NCBI RefSeq assembly: GCF_009914755.1
Contig: NC_060926.1
DNA length: 64,000 nucleotides
From: the human T2T-CHM13v2.0 reference genome, Homo sapiens
Direction: 5' to 3' (one strand)
The first letter of the stretch is position 1, and every line of letters begins with the position of its first letter. Below, one piece after another: positions 48,753 to 62,900 of the stretch. Below the pieces are notes generated by a model. It did no database searches, was not told the origin of the DNA, and was given only the letters and a program-made list of their open reading frames with translations. A program made the translations under genes and the position numbers.

Positions 48753-51700
48753 TGAAGCTGTGACATCCCAGCCTAGCCCTTGATAGCACGCACTGTTGGT
48801 TAGCTTACCCAACAGGCAATTCTAGCCCTTCTCCCCTTCCTTCCTTCTTTCCTTCCTTCCTTCCGCTATAGCTGCTGGAAAAGCTCAACACTCCCTCTTG
48901 CAGGCTCCCTCACAGCTGGTAAGGGCAACAGGACCCAATTTAGCCAGTCTTCAAAGGGGTAGTCTGCCAATGGGATTGAGAATATCTTGTTTCTTCATAA
49001 AAGGACTTTGCAAGTTCCATGTTCCTGGCTACCGTTTTCCTCTTCTTCCTGCCTTGAAACCGGCTGTGATGCCTTCTTCTGACCGTGTAAGGGCAAGGAT
49101 AGCCACAAAAGGCCAACACGCTAAGGCTGATGGAGTAAAAGAGTGGAAAAACCTGGATCTTTGATATTGTTAAGAAGCCCACACATGCTTTCAGCATTTC
49201 TAACTGATAAAGCATCCCACCTTCCTCATTATCCACTCCAGAGAGAAATCACATTTAAAGAAGCATGACTGAAGTCTCCATTTTTCTTCCTTTTCAAATA
49301 TTTAATATTGTCCAAGGATTAGTCTACAAAGCCTAATGCATGAACTGTTGTACCCAAGTCTCTACCTCCACCTCCACTTCACTCTGTCTAATCGTGGAAG
49401 CCTTTCATTCCACACCCCACATTCTGCAGCCCCCAGACCCCCATCCCAGAAAGAACTGTCTCACCCAGGTCCTCCTGCTCCACCATCTAGGTTCCTCGAG
49501 TCCTTCTTTCCTCTCCCCAGTGCTCTCCCTTCCCTCCAGAGAGAATGCACTCTCCCCCTTCTCTTCTAAGAAGAGAACGAAGCAGGAAGAAGCTAAGCAG
49601 AGAACAGGGGAGTGGGAAAGCTGTGGACCCTTAACATGAAGGATTTTTAACTGTTCACAGAGAAAACCCAGTGTTTCAGAACACATAGACTCAGATGTCC
49701 TAGGACTGAAGGCTAAGGGGAGAGAGCAGTAGGCCGCTGCCCACACTCATCCACAAAAGTTTAGCACATCCGTTCTAAAGTCAGGCTACCCTTCCTAATA
49801 ACCACTGGAGCTTTCCAAATTACAGATTAAACTCTGATTCAATAGATCTAGAATCCAGAAATTCTGATTCAATAGATCTAGGTGAGGCTCAGACATCTGT
49901 TTTTAAAAGCTTCCCAGATGACTGATGAGCAGCCAAGGTCAATAACCCCAGGTAGTAGACGACAGCTGGAGAAACAACTCTCCATTGTCAACAGCAACTC
50001 TCAATTAAACAAGGAAATCTTGTCCTTTCCTCTCCTCTCCACTTAAAGTCATTCAAACTATGACTAAGGTAGTACTCAGCCCTCTGTTCAGTGAGATTTC
50101 ATTTTACCTAATCAGAAAGAACTTTCAACTTGACAGAAAATGTGGATTCCATCCTTGGTTCCCCTAGAATCTTTCTCACATAAATACTTTAGCACCAAGC
50201 AAGCATGGCCTAGTCTTCTGGTGTTTTTATATCAAATCATATTACTTTATTCACAAATTACTTCTGATAAATGACCCTGGCTAGCAGTCAAACTGAATTT
50301 TTATAGTGAACAAATACTTCTTGAAGAGACTGAAACTCTTCAGACTCATTCAAACATTTTCAGAACTTGACAAACATAGACACTATAATTATGCATAGTA
50401 GTTCTGATTGTATCTTTGGACCACATTTTACTTAGCATTGTAAGCTGATCTGTTTCCAAGAGAGAAAGAAAGAAATATCTTAGTCTGTTTCTTATTATGA
50501 AATTTAATTATTAATGAAACTCCTTTACCTTTTAGAACTATTCTTAGGATCTCCAGATGCAAGATGAAATTATTGGTGAATGCCATCATGAGGTAATGGC
50601 AACATGTCAAATAGAAAGAATGTGTTATTTTTAAAGGCTCTGAAAGAATTTGGTGAATTTTAATTATAAAGTCACAGACCTAATATTTTATCACTTTCCA
50701 TCCCATGTATGTCATCCCTAGATAATATTTTCCAACTTTTCTTTTTCTCAGGCTCCTGCTCTCTAGAACAAGGGTGATTATCCACATGGCTGCTAACCTT
50801 ATGAGCACGTTGAGACACTGGATACGTTAGAGAGTGTAGCACACTGGAAAAAAACTACTAAATGAAAAGTATAATTTCCATAGCTAAAAGATGTTTATCA
50901 TTAGTACCAGTTATTAGCTCATCTATTTAAAGGAAATGACTCTCCATAGAAACTGATCTTCCTTCATTGAATATGTTGGCCTTAATGAGATTGAGGCCTT
51001 GTAATTACCAGGAGAAGGAAAGATCATTTGAATTGGTACTATTCCATAAGGCTGTCCTTTTCATTTATTTCTCATGAATCATGTGAACTACTGGGAGGTC
51101 TCATACCCATGCTTTTCATTAAGGAACAGGTAACGCATTTAACTTTGATTTTATGACTCAGTCTCGAGAACGCTATGATCTGACCTCTGGGGTTTAGAAA
51201 TAAACCACTTTCTCATCAATACTGGAATCATTCAGGAGGAGCTGGGAGACTGGTTTTATCCAGCACACACACAAAAGTGCATTTTACAAAAGCAGAGAAA
51301 ATAGTCACAGGAGGACGATGGGAGTTGTCCGACAAAGAACAAAGCAGAGCACCCACTTGGGTCTGGGGCCTGGAGGGTCATTCTTTTTGACATAGCAGCT
51401 TCCAGGGGTGATTCACCACCTGCATTTGGGAGCAGAGATTTCCACTTGTCTGATACGAGCAGTAGATCATCTATGACTTTGTGCAACCATGTTGTCATTT
51501 AAAGCACAACTAGATTCTAACTTTAGGGGGAGCTATTCTTGGGGCCAGGCTGGGCTGAGGGCAAGCGATCTGTGTCCTTGGTAGGTAGAACAACATAAGT
51601 ATATCCCCTCACCCCCATGACTACCTTCTCTCCACCTCACAGTCTTGCTTTTTCTAACATGTTCTCAGCATGGCCTTACCTATTCACATGTTACTCTTCA

Positions 51701-52379
51701 GAAATGTGTTGTTGAAAAAGAATCCACATTTGAACAATGTGCTAAGGAGAACAACTACATATCCTCCCTCATCTTCCCCTGGCTATGCTTCTGATTGTCA
51801 TTCAAGGATTTTACAGGTTCACAAAATAATGTCATCCCTGTCCTAAAGAAGGAGAAACTCTGGGATGTATTCTCCAAAATGACTTTGTATAGACTCTTGG
51901 AACAAGCCAAGGCTGAAGCTATTTTGGCCCAGAGCTTATCCTTTCCCAGAGGTTATTTCTTACCTCCAAATGGATTCGTTCTGATGAAGGGGCAGTTTTT
52001 GCTCATGACAAACAAGCACAAGCACAGAGGAGAAAATTATTATTTTGATTTGGAAACTGAATTTGGGAAGCAGGTGAAGTAATTGTCAGGTAAGTAAAGG
52101 AAAGTAACCATTGAAAGGCAGTATATTTTTGACCCCATTTTAAAACTTGATCTCAGGCATAGGCAAAACTGGTTCCAACCAAGATTTGTTTACTTGGGTT
52201 ATACTGGAGGCAGAAAAGTTAATGTGAAGGCTAGAAAGAGTTTGAAGGAGAAAGAGTTTATAAGAAAGGAAAGTGAGAAAAAAGAGAAGTTGTACCACCC
52301 AAACTATCTAGTCAACATTTAATGGTATTTTATGGGCTGCCCATCAAAGTTACTTAATATATATTTAAAAGAAAATGGG

Positions 52380-52694
<315 letters not shown>

Positions 52695-52790
52695 TCATTA
52701 TATACCTCCCTACCTAGTCACAAAGAACATAAGGTACTTTGGAGTTTATTGAGACCTTTTGCGTAGAACTGAATGAACAAAGACGTGTTA

Positions 52791-52822
52791 TGACTCAGTG
52801 ACTCACTAAAGGAAATGAGTCA
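52791..52822. promoter_or_regulatory. Triple AP-1 (TGASTCA) cluster with adjacent GGAA; candidate enhancer
   Basis: TGACTCA 52791-52797, TGACTCA 52799-52805, GGAA 52811-52814, TGAGTCA 52816-52822 in sequence I do not recognise as a repeat. Confidence 0.6.
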
Positions 52823-53939
52823 TAAGATGGTGTATTTAGTTGTTTGAGCTTCAGCATCACACTCAGCCAATCTGACATTGTTTATTGAAAATGGAGAAGT
52901 GAAGTTAGTGAATGCTATGTCTATTATTGAGATCTTTATTTTCCAACATAAAATACATTTCTCAACTCCATGACTTTGAATTCAAACTTATAGTGAAATT
53001 CATTCTCAAAAGCATTTTCTTGGTTTTAGATTTTATTCTTCTTCTTCTTCTTTTGAGTAAACATCTGCATTGACAATGGAACTTGCTAAAATTACAGGAA
53101 ACTCATAAATACAATGAAATAATCTACAATCTCTTGCCATGGGTCACGTAAATCCATATGTATTAAAAAGAAATCAAATTAACAATTTGAAAAACCAGTC
53201 ATGGCCACTCCACAGCAGCCAACATCATAAAATCTACAACTCCAGGGTCTAGAACATGTTTAGTAATTTTATCTAATAAACTGGAAAATGTAAAATGTTT
53301 CATCTCAGGGGAAAAAATGATATTAAATTTCTGTTACATTTGGTTCTCTTATATCCATTCAGACCCCTGGATTCATATTCATGATGGATAAACACCTCTT
53401 TCTAAGGCCAAGTGAGCCCATGAGATGATAACATGCTCTCTAATCCTACTATTATTTTCTCTTTGTTTTTTTATGGTTCTTTTAATCTGTTTATCTACAT
53501 GACAAGCAAGTAGTAGAAATATGTCGAATTTCTGAGTTCTTATAGTATTCTTTTACGACTAGGTATGACCTAGCTAATCTTGTTAGCTAGTCGGAACAGT
53601 TGGTGAGACAACTGTTTGGCAGCCTCTATTCATTTGTTCATTTGCTTCTTTTACCACCAAAACATAGGATGAAATTTTCTACTGGTTTTAACTTAATTTT
53701 CATCCCAAGTTAGTGCAACTGGTGTATGTATGAAGCCGTAGCTGCATAACCCGGGTAGGACTGAAGCCAGGAACATCAGTGCCCAATCTTAGCTGCCCTG
53801 CAGAGCCCAGCTGAGGGGAACGTGCCAGGGTGATTTGATCGTTTAGTCTGCTGAATTATCTGTCAGAATTTTTCAGAATGGAGCTACAAGTGAGGGGTAC
53901 TGTTTATAAAGAGGAAACAGCCTCCATGAGCAAGTATTA

Positions 53940-54312
<373 letters not shown>

Positions 54313-54431
54313 TTAAGGTGCCTATTTCTAGTAGTAAGTACTTATAGAACATTTACCATGTGCCAGATACATTGTCATTTAAGGTACCTTACATATATGG
54401 ACTCAATCTTCAACCACATAAGAGTGCCATT

Positions 54432-54718
54432 GTTTTATTTATTTATTTATCTATTTATTTTTATTTATTTTGAGACAGGGTCTCACTCTGTCGCCCAGGC
54501 TGGAGTGCAGTGGCACCAAGCAATTCTCCTGCCTCAGCCTCCCAAGTAACTAGGGTTACAGGTCCGTGCCACCATGCCAGGCTAATTTTTGTATTATTAG
54601 TGGAGACAGGGTTTCACCATGTTGGCCAGGCTGGTCTCAAACTCCTGACCTCAGGTGATCCTCCCCCCTCCACCTCCCAAAGAGCTGGGATTATAGGCGT
54701 GAGCCACTGCACACGGCC
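54432..54718 (-). mobile_element. Alu with ~40-bp internal deletion, inserted in a MIR
   Basis: gcagtggcac is joined to caagcaattctcc. Confidence 0.9.
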
Positions 54719-55469
54719 TGAGGATACCATTATTATTATCTCCATATTAAGAATGAAGAGATTAAAAGTCAGAGGTTAAGTAAATTGCCAATGTCACACA
54801 GCTGGAAAGTGGCGCTGCCAGTATTTCAAGTCTAGTTCAGAGTCTGTGCTCTTAACCAGTATGTTGTACTGCCATTTATAGACAATAAAGGAAAGTTCTA
54901 CTTATTGATGAAGTGTATTTCTAGAAATGGGGTCAGAAAACCTTACAGTTAAAAGCACCACTTTTTTCTATAATCTCCGTGTAGTCAGCAGTTACTCTAG
55001 GTGGTGATCTTAATTGGAAAGGAACAATACAGATTTAAATTTAAACCAGAAGAAACTGACGAGTCAGCTGCTCAAGCAGACAAATGGAATGAGACTATAT
55101 GGGCAGCATCAGATATATCAACCAGAGAAATTCAGGGTAGCAAGAATTAGAGACTGCCTGTCACAGAAACAAGTATATACTGGGCTCCCTACTCTGGATT
55201 GCTATGGCAACAAGCTATATACACCAGATGATTTAGCAATTGGTATAAATTGTCTCAGGTTGTTCAAAACATTTCATCTTCTCTTCCCAATAACATAGTA
55301 ACTTATCCAAAGTTTGAACTTGTATTGTCCTTGGGTATCTCCCAACATATTCCATCCATTGTTAAAATCAAAATGGTATTTAACACATTTGTTCTTTATG
55401 AATTTCATTTTCCATAATATTCTTTTATTATATAACAATTAATATACATAATCACAAAAGCGAGATGCA

Positions 55470-55633
55470 TTTTTTTTTTTTTTTGATACAGAGTCTCGGT
55501 CTATCACCCAGGCTGGAGTACAGGGGTGTGACCTTGGCTCACTGCAACCTCCGCCTCCTAGGTTCAAGCTATTCTCCTGCCTCAGCTTCCTGAGTAACTG
55601 GGATTACAAGCACCTGCCACCACACCCGGCTAA
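55470..55633 (-). mobile_element. 5'-truncated Alu (right arm)
   Basis: PolyT plus right arm ending cccggctaa; flanks atgcatt. Confidence 0.9.
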
Positions 55634-55911
55634 TAACAATATGCATTCTTGATAGCAATTTAAGAAATAAAGTATGCACACACAAAAATTACTTATTTTA
55701 TCACTATACTTATGCTTTGGTTTGTCTTCTGTCTCCCTCTCAGTGTCTCTCAAGATTGTCATGAGATTTGAATGAGATAGCATGCAAAGTACACAGTACC
55801 GTGACTCGCATCAAGTGTTCAAGAAATGGAAGTTATTATTAAGGTAGTGATTACTATTTTTATTTTATGTATTTCTGAAGGGAAGATTTCTAAAAGTAAA
55901 ATTGTTCCTTA

Positions 55912-56215
<304 letters not shown>

Positions 56216-56996
56216 TTAGAGAGCATGCACATTTTAAATTTTACCAGTAACTGACAAAGTTCCCTCAATTTACCATTTGGGAAATTTACCAATTTCCCAT
56301 ACCAACTCACATTCCCACACAGTATAAGACCTTTCCCCACATCTAAATACTAAATACTATCAACGCTTATGTTTTCACTAGTTTGGGTGAAACATGATAA
56401 TTCAGTTTAATTTGTATTTCTATTTGTGAGTGAATTAAGCATCTTTTTATGATCATTATTATTAGACATTTGATGCAGTGGGATTCTGTTCAAATCCTTT
56501 CTTCATTTTTTGTATTGGGTTATTTTTCTTCTCTCACTGATTTTTAATAGCACCTTCTATTTCGTGGGTGTTCATTCTCTGTCTCCATCTGCAAATATTT
56601 TCTCCAGTTTTCTCAAAGTCTTTTAACTATGTTCATGGTATATTTTATGATTCTAAAATTTAAAAATTGTATGTATTCAAATACATCAATATTTCCCTTT
56701 ATGGTTTCTGTGTTTGAGGCTTTTCCTGGGAAGGTCTTCCCCATTTCAATATTTATAAAAATATTTCCCTACTGTTTTATTATTTTAGCATACTAATACA
56801 ATTGTTTAATATATCTGGAGTGGATGTGTATGTGCCTGTGAGATAAAGCTCTGCGTTTTTAATTTTGTGGCTCTCCATTCGTACCTATTAACACTGGTCA
56901 AATTTTAGAGTTCTTCCTTTTATTACAATACAAAATGTTATATGTAATCCAAGAAATAATACTAGGAGCCAAAATCTGTATAAGATTCTACAAACA

Positions 56997-57314
<318 letters not shown>

Positions 57315-57693
57315 AGATTCCACAAACATACCATCTTACCCAGCACTTCTTTGTACAAACTATGATTCAATGTTTTTAGTCTCAATCTCACTGATGGAGA
57401 AATTGAGGATCAGAGAGTTTAAGCAACTTGATCAAGGTCATAAATTTAATGAGAGACATATTTGAACCTGGTACGTAGATATTTTGACCCATGTCACTCA
57501 TACTTTCTACCATCAACTATTGTCTTATGTATAATTAGAAAGTATAATTAGAAAAAGAGAGAAGAATTAGTTTCAATATGCAAGATCAAACATTGAATAT
57601 ATTTATGTTTATTTACAATATTTGATCAACCATCATCACCTGGAGGTGTTAGCAAAATGTATAGTTCTTTTCGGCAGGTAGAAAATAAAATAG

Positions 57694-59552
57694 GGCTTGT
57701 TTCTGGTCCAGTAGGTCCAAGACGATGGAGCCAGGTGCCTCTCCCAAAGACCCCTGGGTAAAGGTGGAGTACATCTACAGCTACAAAAGCTCAGACCTCA
57801 CGTATTTTATAGAAAGCACCCACAATGGGACAGTAGTGTCTAGAGCTAATAGCATCGGTTCCACCAGTGCCTCTTCCATCCCCAACACAGATGAGGAGGA
57901 CAGTGATTACCACCAAGAGTCCTACAAGGACCAGTAGTGGTGAGCACACACTGAGGCTGAGCAGAAGAGGAAGGATGTCATCAAGAGAGGCTGTGATGAC
58001 CTTCAGACCATCATCCCCACATGCCAGCAGCAGGACTCCTGCATTGGCTCCCGAAAGCTCAGCAAAGCCATCGTTCTACAAAAGACCATTGACTACACTC
58101 AGTTTTTGCACAAGGAGAAGAAAATGCAGGAGGAGGAGGTGTCCACACTATGCAAGGACCTCACAGCCCTAAAGATCATGAAAGGGAACTATAAGCAGAT
58201 TGTGAAGGCACACCAGGACAACCCCCATGAGGGGAGGACCAGGCCTCTGACCAAGTCAAGGTCAGTGTGTTTCGAGGTATCATGAACTCCCTGTTCCAGT
58301 CCTTCAATGTCTTCATCTCTGTGACCAACTTCTAGGAGCTGTCAGCCTGTGTCTTCAGCTAGATTGAGGAGCACTGCAAGCCACAGGCCATGGGAGATCG
58401 TGATTGGCATCCAGCACCAATTGAAAAACCAGCTTTACTGACCAGTTCTTGTAAACCTGCAGAACAGCAAACAAGAGGCCCTTGAGTCTCTATTTGGCCA
58501 CTGAGCAGCTGGACCCATGAGACTGAACTGCAACAGCTCACCTTGGTCAGTTTCGCTTGGTGTTTGTGTTTTTTCAGCCCCATTGTATCTTCAGAAGGGC
58601 TGGGGTGTTTGTTTTGTGAAAGCTTTTGATTAATTTACTATATTGACCATAAAATTCAAACTTACCCAGTCCTTCCCCTCCCCATGGAAGTCCTTGGGAT
58701 GGGAGTCTGCCCTTGACACCTCAAAGAGCTCATGGCTTCTCAGCCCTTTCTCCAAGCCTCAGATTTCTGCTCATGATCTACATATATTTGGAGACTGTTT
58801 GCCTCTGTTTTGGTCTCTTGGGCAACATTTGGCCTAAGTTTGGCCATTTTGGCAGTAGCTGGAGAAAAAGAGTAAGAAGAAATATTGCCACAGCCATGAA
58901 GAGTGAAAGACTGACTACCTTGTGCTTAAACTAGGGCTGCCCGTTCAGTCCAAGGTGAGGCCAAGGGTTTTCTGGCCATCTCAGGGCAAGGCTACCAGGT
59001 TCTTCTCCTAGCCTCATATTCCATCACCTCCTTCCTCCTCTGCTCTGTTGGTGTTGGGAAAGCAGCCTCCCTCTCAATTCCTGCCTTCTCAGTTCCCACA
59101 GGCTGCGGTGCTGCGTGGCAGAGGCAGGCGTGCCACAGCACCACATACTTGAAATTTTTTATTTGTCTCAACACCAATACAATTTTGCTAAAGTTACTAC
59201 TTTGGAATATTAACTGGGCCTCAAAGCCACCCCTAGCCTTTCTGTCAAGCATATCTGGTCCTGTCCCATGTCTCAATGTGGCCCGTTTCTCCCAGGACTT
59301 AGGGGTGGGGTTAAAGGGTGCAGAAGATACTCAAAAGGTCTCCAGGGATACACAGGCTCAGGAGAGTCCTGGGGGAAGCCTTGGGCTCCCCAGATGCTGG
59401 TGGATAGTAACCTCTCTCCATCCTAGTCCTCCAAGCTCACTTCTGCCTTCCGCAGGTTTCATATCTGGGAGATTTGGCCATCCAGAGGAAATTAAATATT
59501 TTATATCCAACACAATTATAATAATATTGTCAAATGCTTTCCTTTAAAAAAA
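57694..59552 (+). pseudogene. MLXP1: Processed pseudogene of MLX (Max-like protein X, bHLH-Zip); CDS remnant 57725-58441 plus ~1.1 kb 3' UTR and A tail
   Basis: Intronless translation EPGASPKDPWVKVEY...VVSRANSIGSTSASS.PNTD.EDSDYHQE..YKD, AHTEAEQKRKDVIKRGCDDLQTIIPTCQQQD...KLSKAIVLQKTIDYTQFLHKEK...HQLKNQLY* matches MLX. Stops at 57935, 57941, 58333 and 58360; frameshifts near 58230 and 58393. The parent gene is recognised with confidence; the MLXP1 symbol is assumed, not verified. Confidence 0.95.
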
Positions 59553-59560
59553 GAAAAGAC

Positions 59561-59842
59561 AGCTGGGCGTGGTAGCTCACTCCTGTAATCCCAGCACTTT
59601 GGGAGGCTGAGGTGGGCAGATCACCTGAGGTCAGGAGTTAGAGACCAACCTGGCCAACATGGTGAAACTTCCTCTCTACTAAAAATACAAAAATTAGCTG
59701 GCTGTTATTACAGCGTGCACCTGTAGTCCCAGCTACTTGGGAGGCTGAGGTAGGGGAATCACTTGAGGCAGAGGTTGCAGTGAGCCGAGATCGTGCCACT
59801 GCACTCCAGCCTGGGCGACAGAGCAAGACTCCAACAAAAAAA
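59561..59842 (+). mobile_element. Alu (AluS-like) at the pseudogene A tail
   Basis: Dimer starts immediately after tttaaaaaaagaaaagac. Confidence 0.93.
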
Positions 59843-60024
59843 GAGAAAATAGATGTTCATCTCTTATTTTCCATTCATGATTCTCATGCCTTGATATCCC
59901 CTGAGAAGTATAAGCTGATCTGGTGTAGAAAAAAGAAATGATAATGACCCAAACATTCACTAATTTAATTTTTACACTACAGCTTCATATTTTTAAAGTA
60001 TTATCACATTTATTCAAATCAAGA

Positions 60025-60215
60025 ATTGGCAAATTGGCCTTGTCTATGAAAAATCAAATAGTATGGATTTCAGGCAAGGTGGATGATACAACCTCTGTCA
60101 CAACTCACCAACTCTGCTGTTGTAACAGGAAAACAACCTGTTGCCACATGTAAAAGAACAGGCTTTCCTGTGCTCTAATAAAACTTTATTTACTACGGCC
60201 ATAGCTTTCTGACCA
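60025..60215 (+). mobile_element. MER58-like hAT relic
   Basis: attggcaaatt...ctctgtcacaactcaccaactctgctgttgt...ctaataaaactttattta. Confidence 0.65.
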
Positions 60216-60588
60216 GATTCTGATCTAAATTATCACAAGGCATCTTACAGTTCCTATACTTCATTAATGCAGATAATAATGAAGGAGTGAACAATATAAA
60301 ACAGCAAACTTAAGGCATGAGAATAATTTTTAAGACTCCAGTTTCTCAGAAAACAACGTGATGAATATTTTCCCTCCATCTTTATAATTGATATTAGTAT
60401 CTTGGACTGATAGATGAGTTCAAGATATGTTCTGAAAGAGAAACGACAGCAAACAGGACCCACTAATAGATTAGATATAAGTGGGGAATCAGTGTCAACT
60501 CCATGTTTTCCAGCATGAGAAAATGCTGATGCCACTTATTGCAATGAGAAAGACTGGGTAAGAATATATTTGATGAAAGATAGAATTA

Positions 60589-60984
<396 letters not shown>

Positions 60985-61205
60985 TTACACCAAAGAGATA
61001 AATCTGGGAGACATCAGCTTATAGATGCCATTTAAAGCATGGAAATAGATGAAAATATCTAACCACAGAATGTAGAAAGAGAAACCAAGACTCAAAAGGA
61101 TCTCAACGTGACTTCTGAATCATCCAAGAAAGAATAAGCATGTTCAGCATAGTTTACCAGTGCTAACAGGACTGTATTGTTTTCCTAATCTTGATAAATC
61201 TATAA

Positions 61206-61650
<445 letters not shown>

Positions 61651-61651
61651 T

Positions 61652-61790
61652 AACTATGCTCACTGCCTGGGTAACAAGAGCGTCGGAACCCCAAGCCTCA
61701 GCGTCACACAATTTATCCATGTAACAAACTTGCACGTTTACCTTTTAATCTATAATAAAAGTGGAAATTTAAAAAAATAAAAAGTAAAAA
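61652..61790 (+). mobile_element. L1P 3' terminal fragment
   Basis: actatgctcactgcctgggt...ccatgtaacaaacttgcac...tataataaaagtggaaattt followed by A tail. Confidence 0.8.
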
Positions 61791-62479
61791 TGAAAATGCT
61801 CTACATATACCAATTTAATTTAATATTTTTTATAAATTTATTTTCTTATACTCGTCACCTTTGGTTGTCCAATAAAAGAGTTAATGTTAGTCTTCCTGGC
61901 ATAAGGGGAAGCAGCAGATTTCAAAGAATCTCTGCAATTCAAACTCCAGCTGTATTTCACATCTATATACATAATATGCTCAACCCACTCCCTCTTGTGT
62001 AGTGTTACCTGCCCAGGGATATGGGCAAATTCCCTGCAGTTTAATAATTTGGAAAGAACAGAGACTCAGAATGGAGACTTTCTTGTCATCTGCTCAAACA
62101 TTTTATCCTACACTTATACAAAATCACTCTCTACTTCAGGAAAGCAACAGAGAAAAAAAGGGGAACATTAGATAAAAGAAGAGTGAGAGTGCTCAAGATG
62201 ATGGATTTAATGCGAACAACCATTCCTTTTTCTGGGGAGTGAGGAAAGGGGCAGTACAGTTCATCTTTCAGTATCATTGACTAGCTCCTATCAGACCAAC
62301 CCTCCAGTAATTAACAACTATAAACTCTGAACATGGTACAAAAAAACAACCGAGAGCACTGGAGGGGGAGAAAAGCAGGGAAAAAAAATGAAGTGGAACG
62401 TCATTTTGACTCCGCGATCTCAAGTGATCCTCGGCCTACCAAAGTGCTGAGATTACAGGCGTGAGCCACCACACCCGGC

Positions 62480-62900
62480 CAAAAAGAGAAAATCTTAACA
62501 GCAGACAAAGAAAATAGCACGCTCTGCATACAAAGGAACGAGAATCAAACCACCGACTTCTCATCAGAAACACTGGAGGCCAGAGGACAATGTATGGCTA
62601 AAATGCTGAAACAATTTTTTTAATTCAATGCAAAATTTTATCTTCAGCAAAAATATCCTTAAAAAATCAAGGTCAAATAAAGACATTTTCAGATAAGAGG
62701 AAAAAATATCTCTTTAGGATGAAACTATTGTCTTTCAGATAAGAGAAAAGATTTCATAACCTACAGACCTGCACTGTCAAAAATGCTAAAAGGATTTCTT
62801 TAGGTGGAAGGAAAATGAAACCAGATGAAAATCTAAATCTTTAGGAAATAATAAAGAGCATCAGAGTTACTAAATGTATGCAAATATATAAAAGATGACT
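62480..62900 (+). mobile_element. Ancient L1M ORF1 3' fragment, preceded by a short antisense Alu piece at ~62409-62480
   Basis: aaaatcttaacagcag...gacttctcatcagaaacactggaggccagagg...aaataaagacattttcagat. Confidence 0.7.

Noticed and set aside
57867-58172. 101-aa alternative-frame ORF in the MLX pseudogene
   Set aside because: Off-frame shadow of the ancestral MLX coding sequence with a GTG start.
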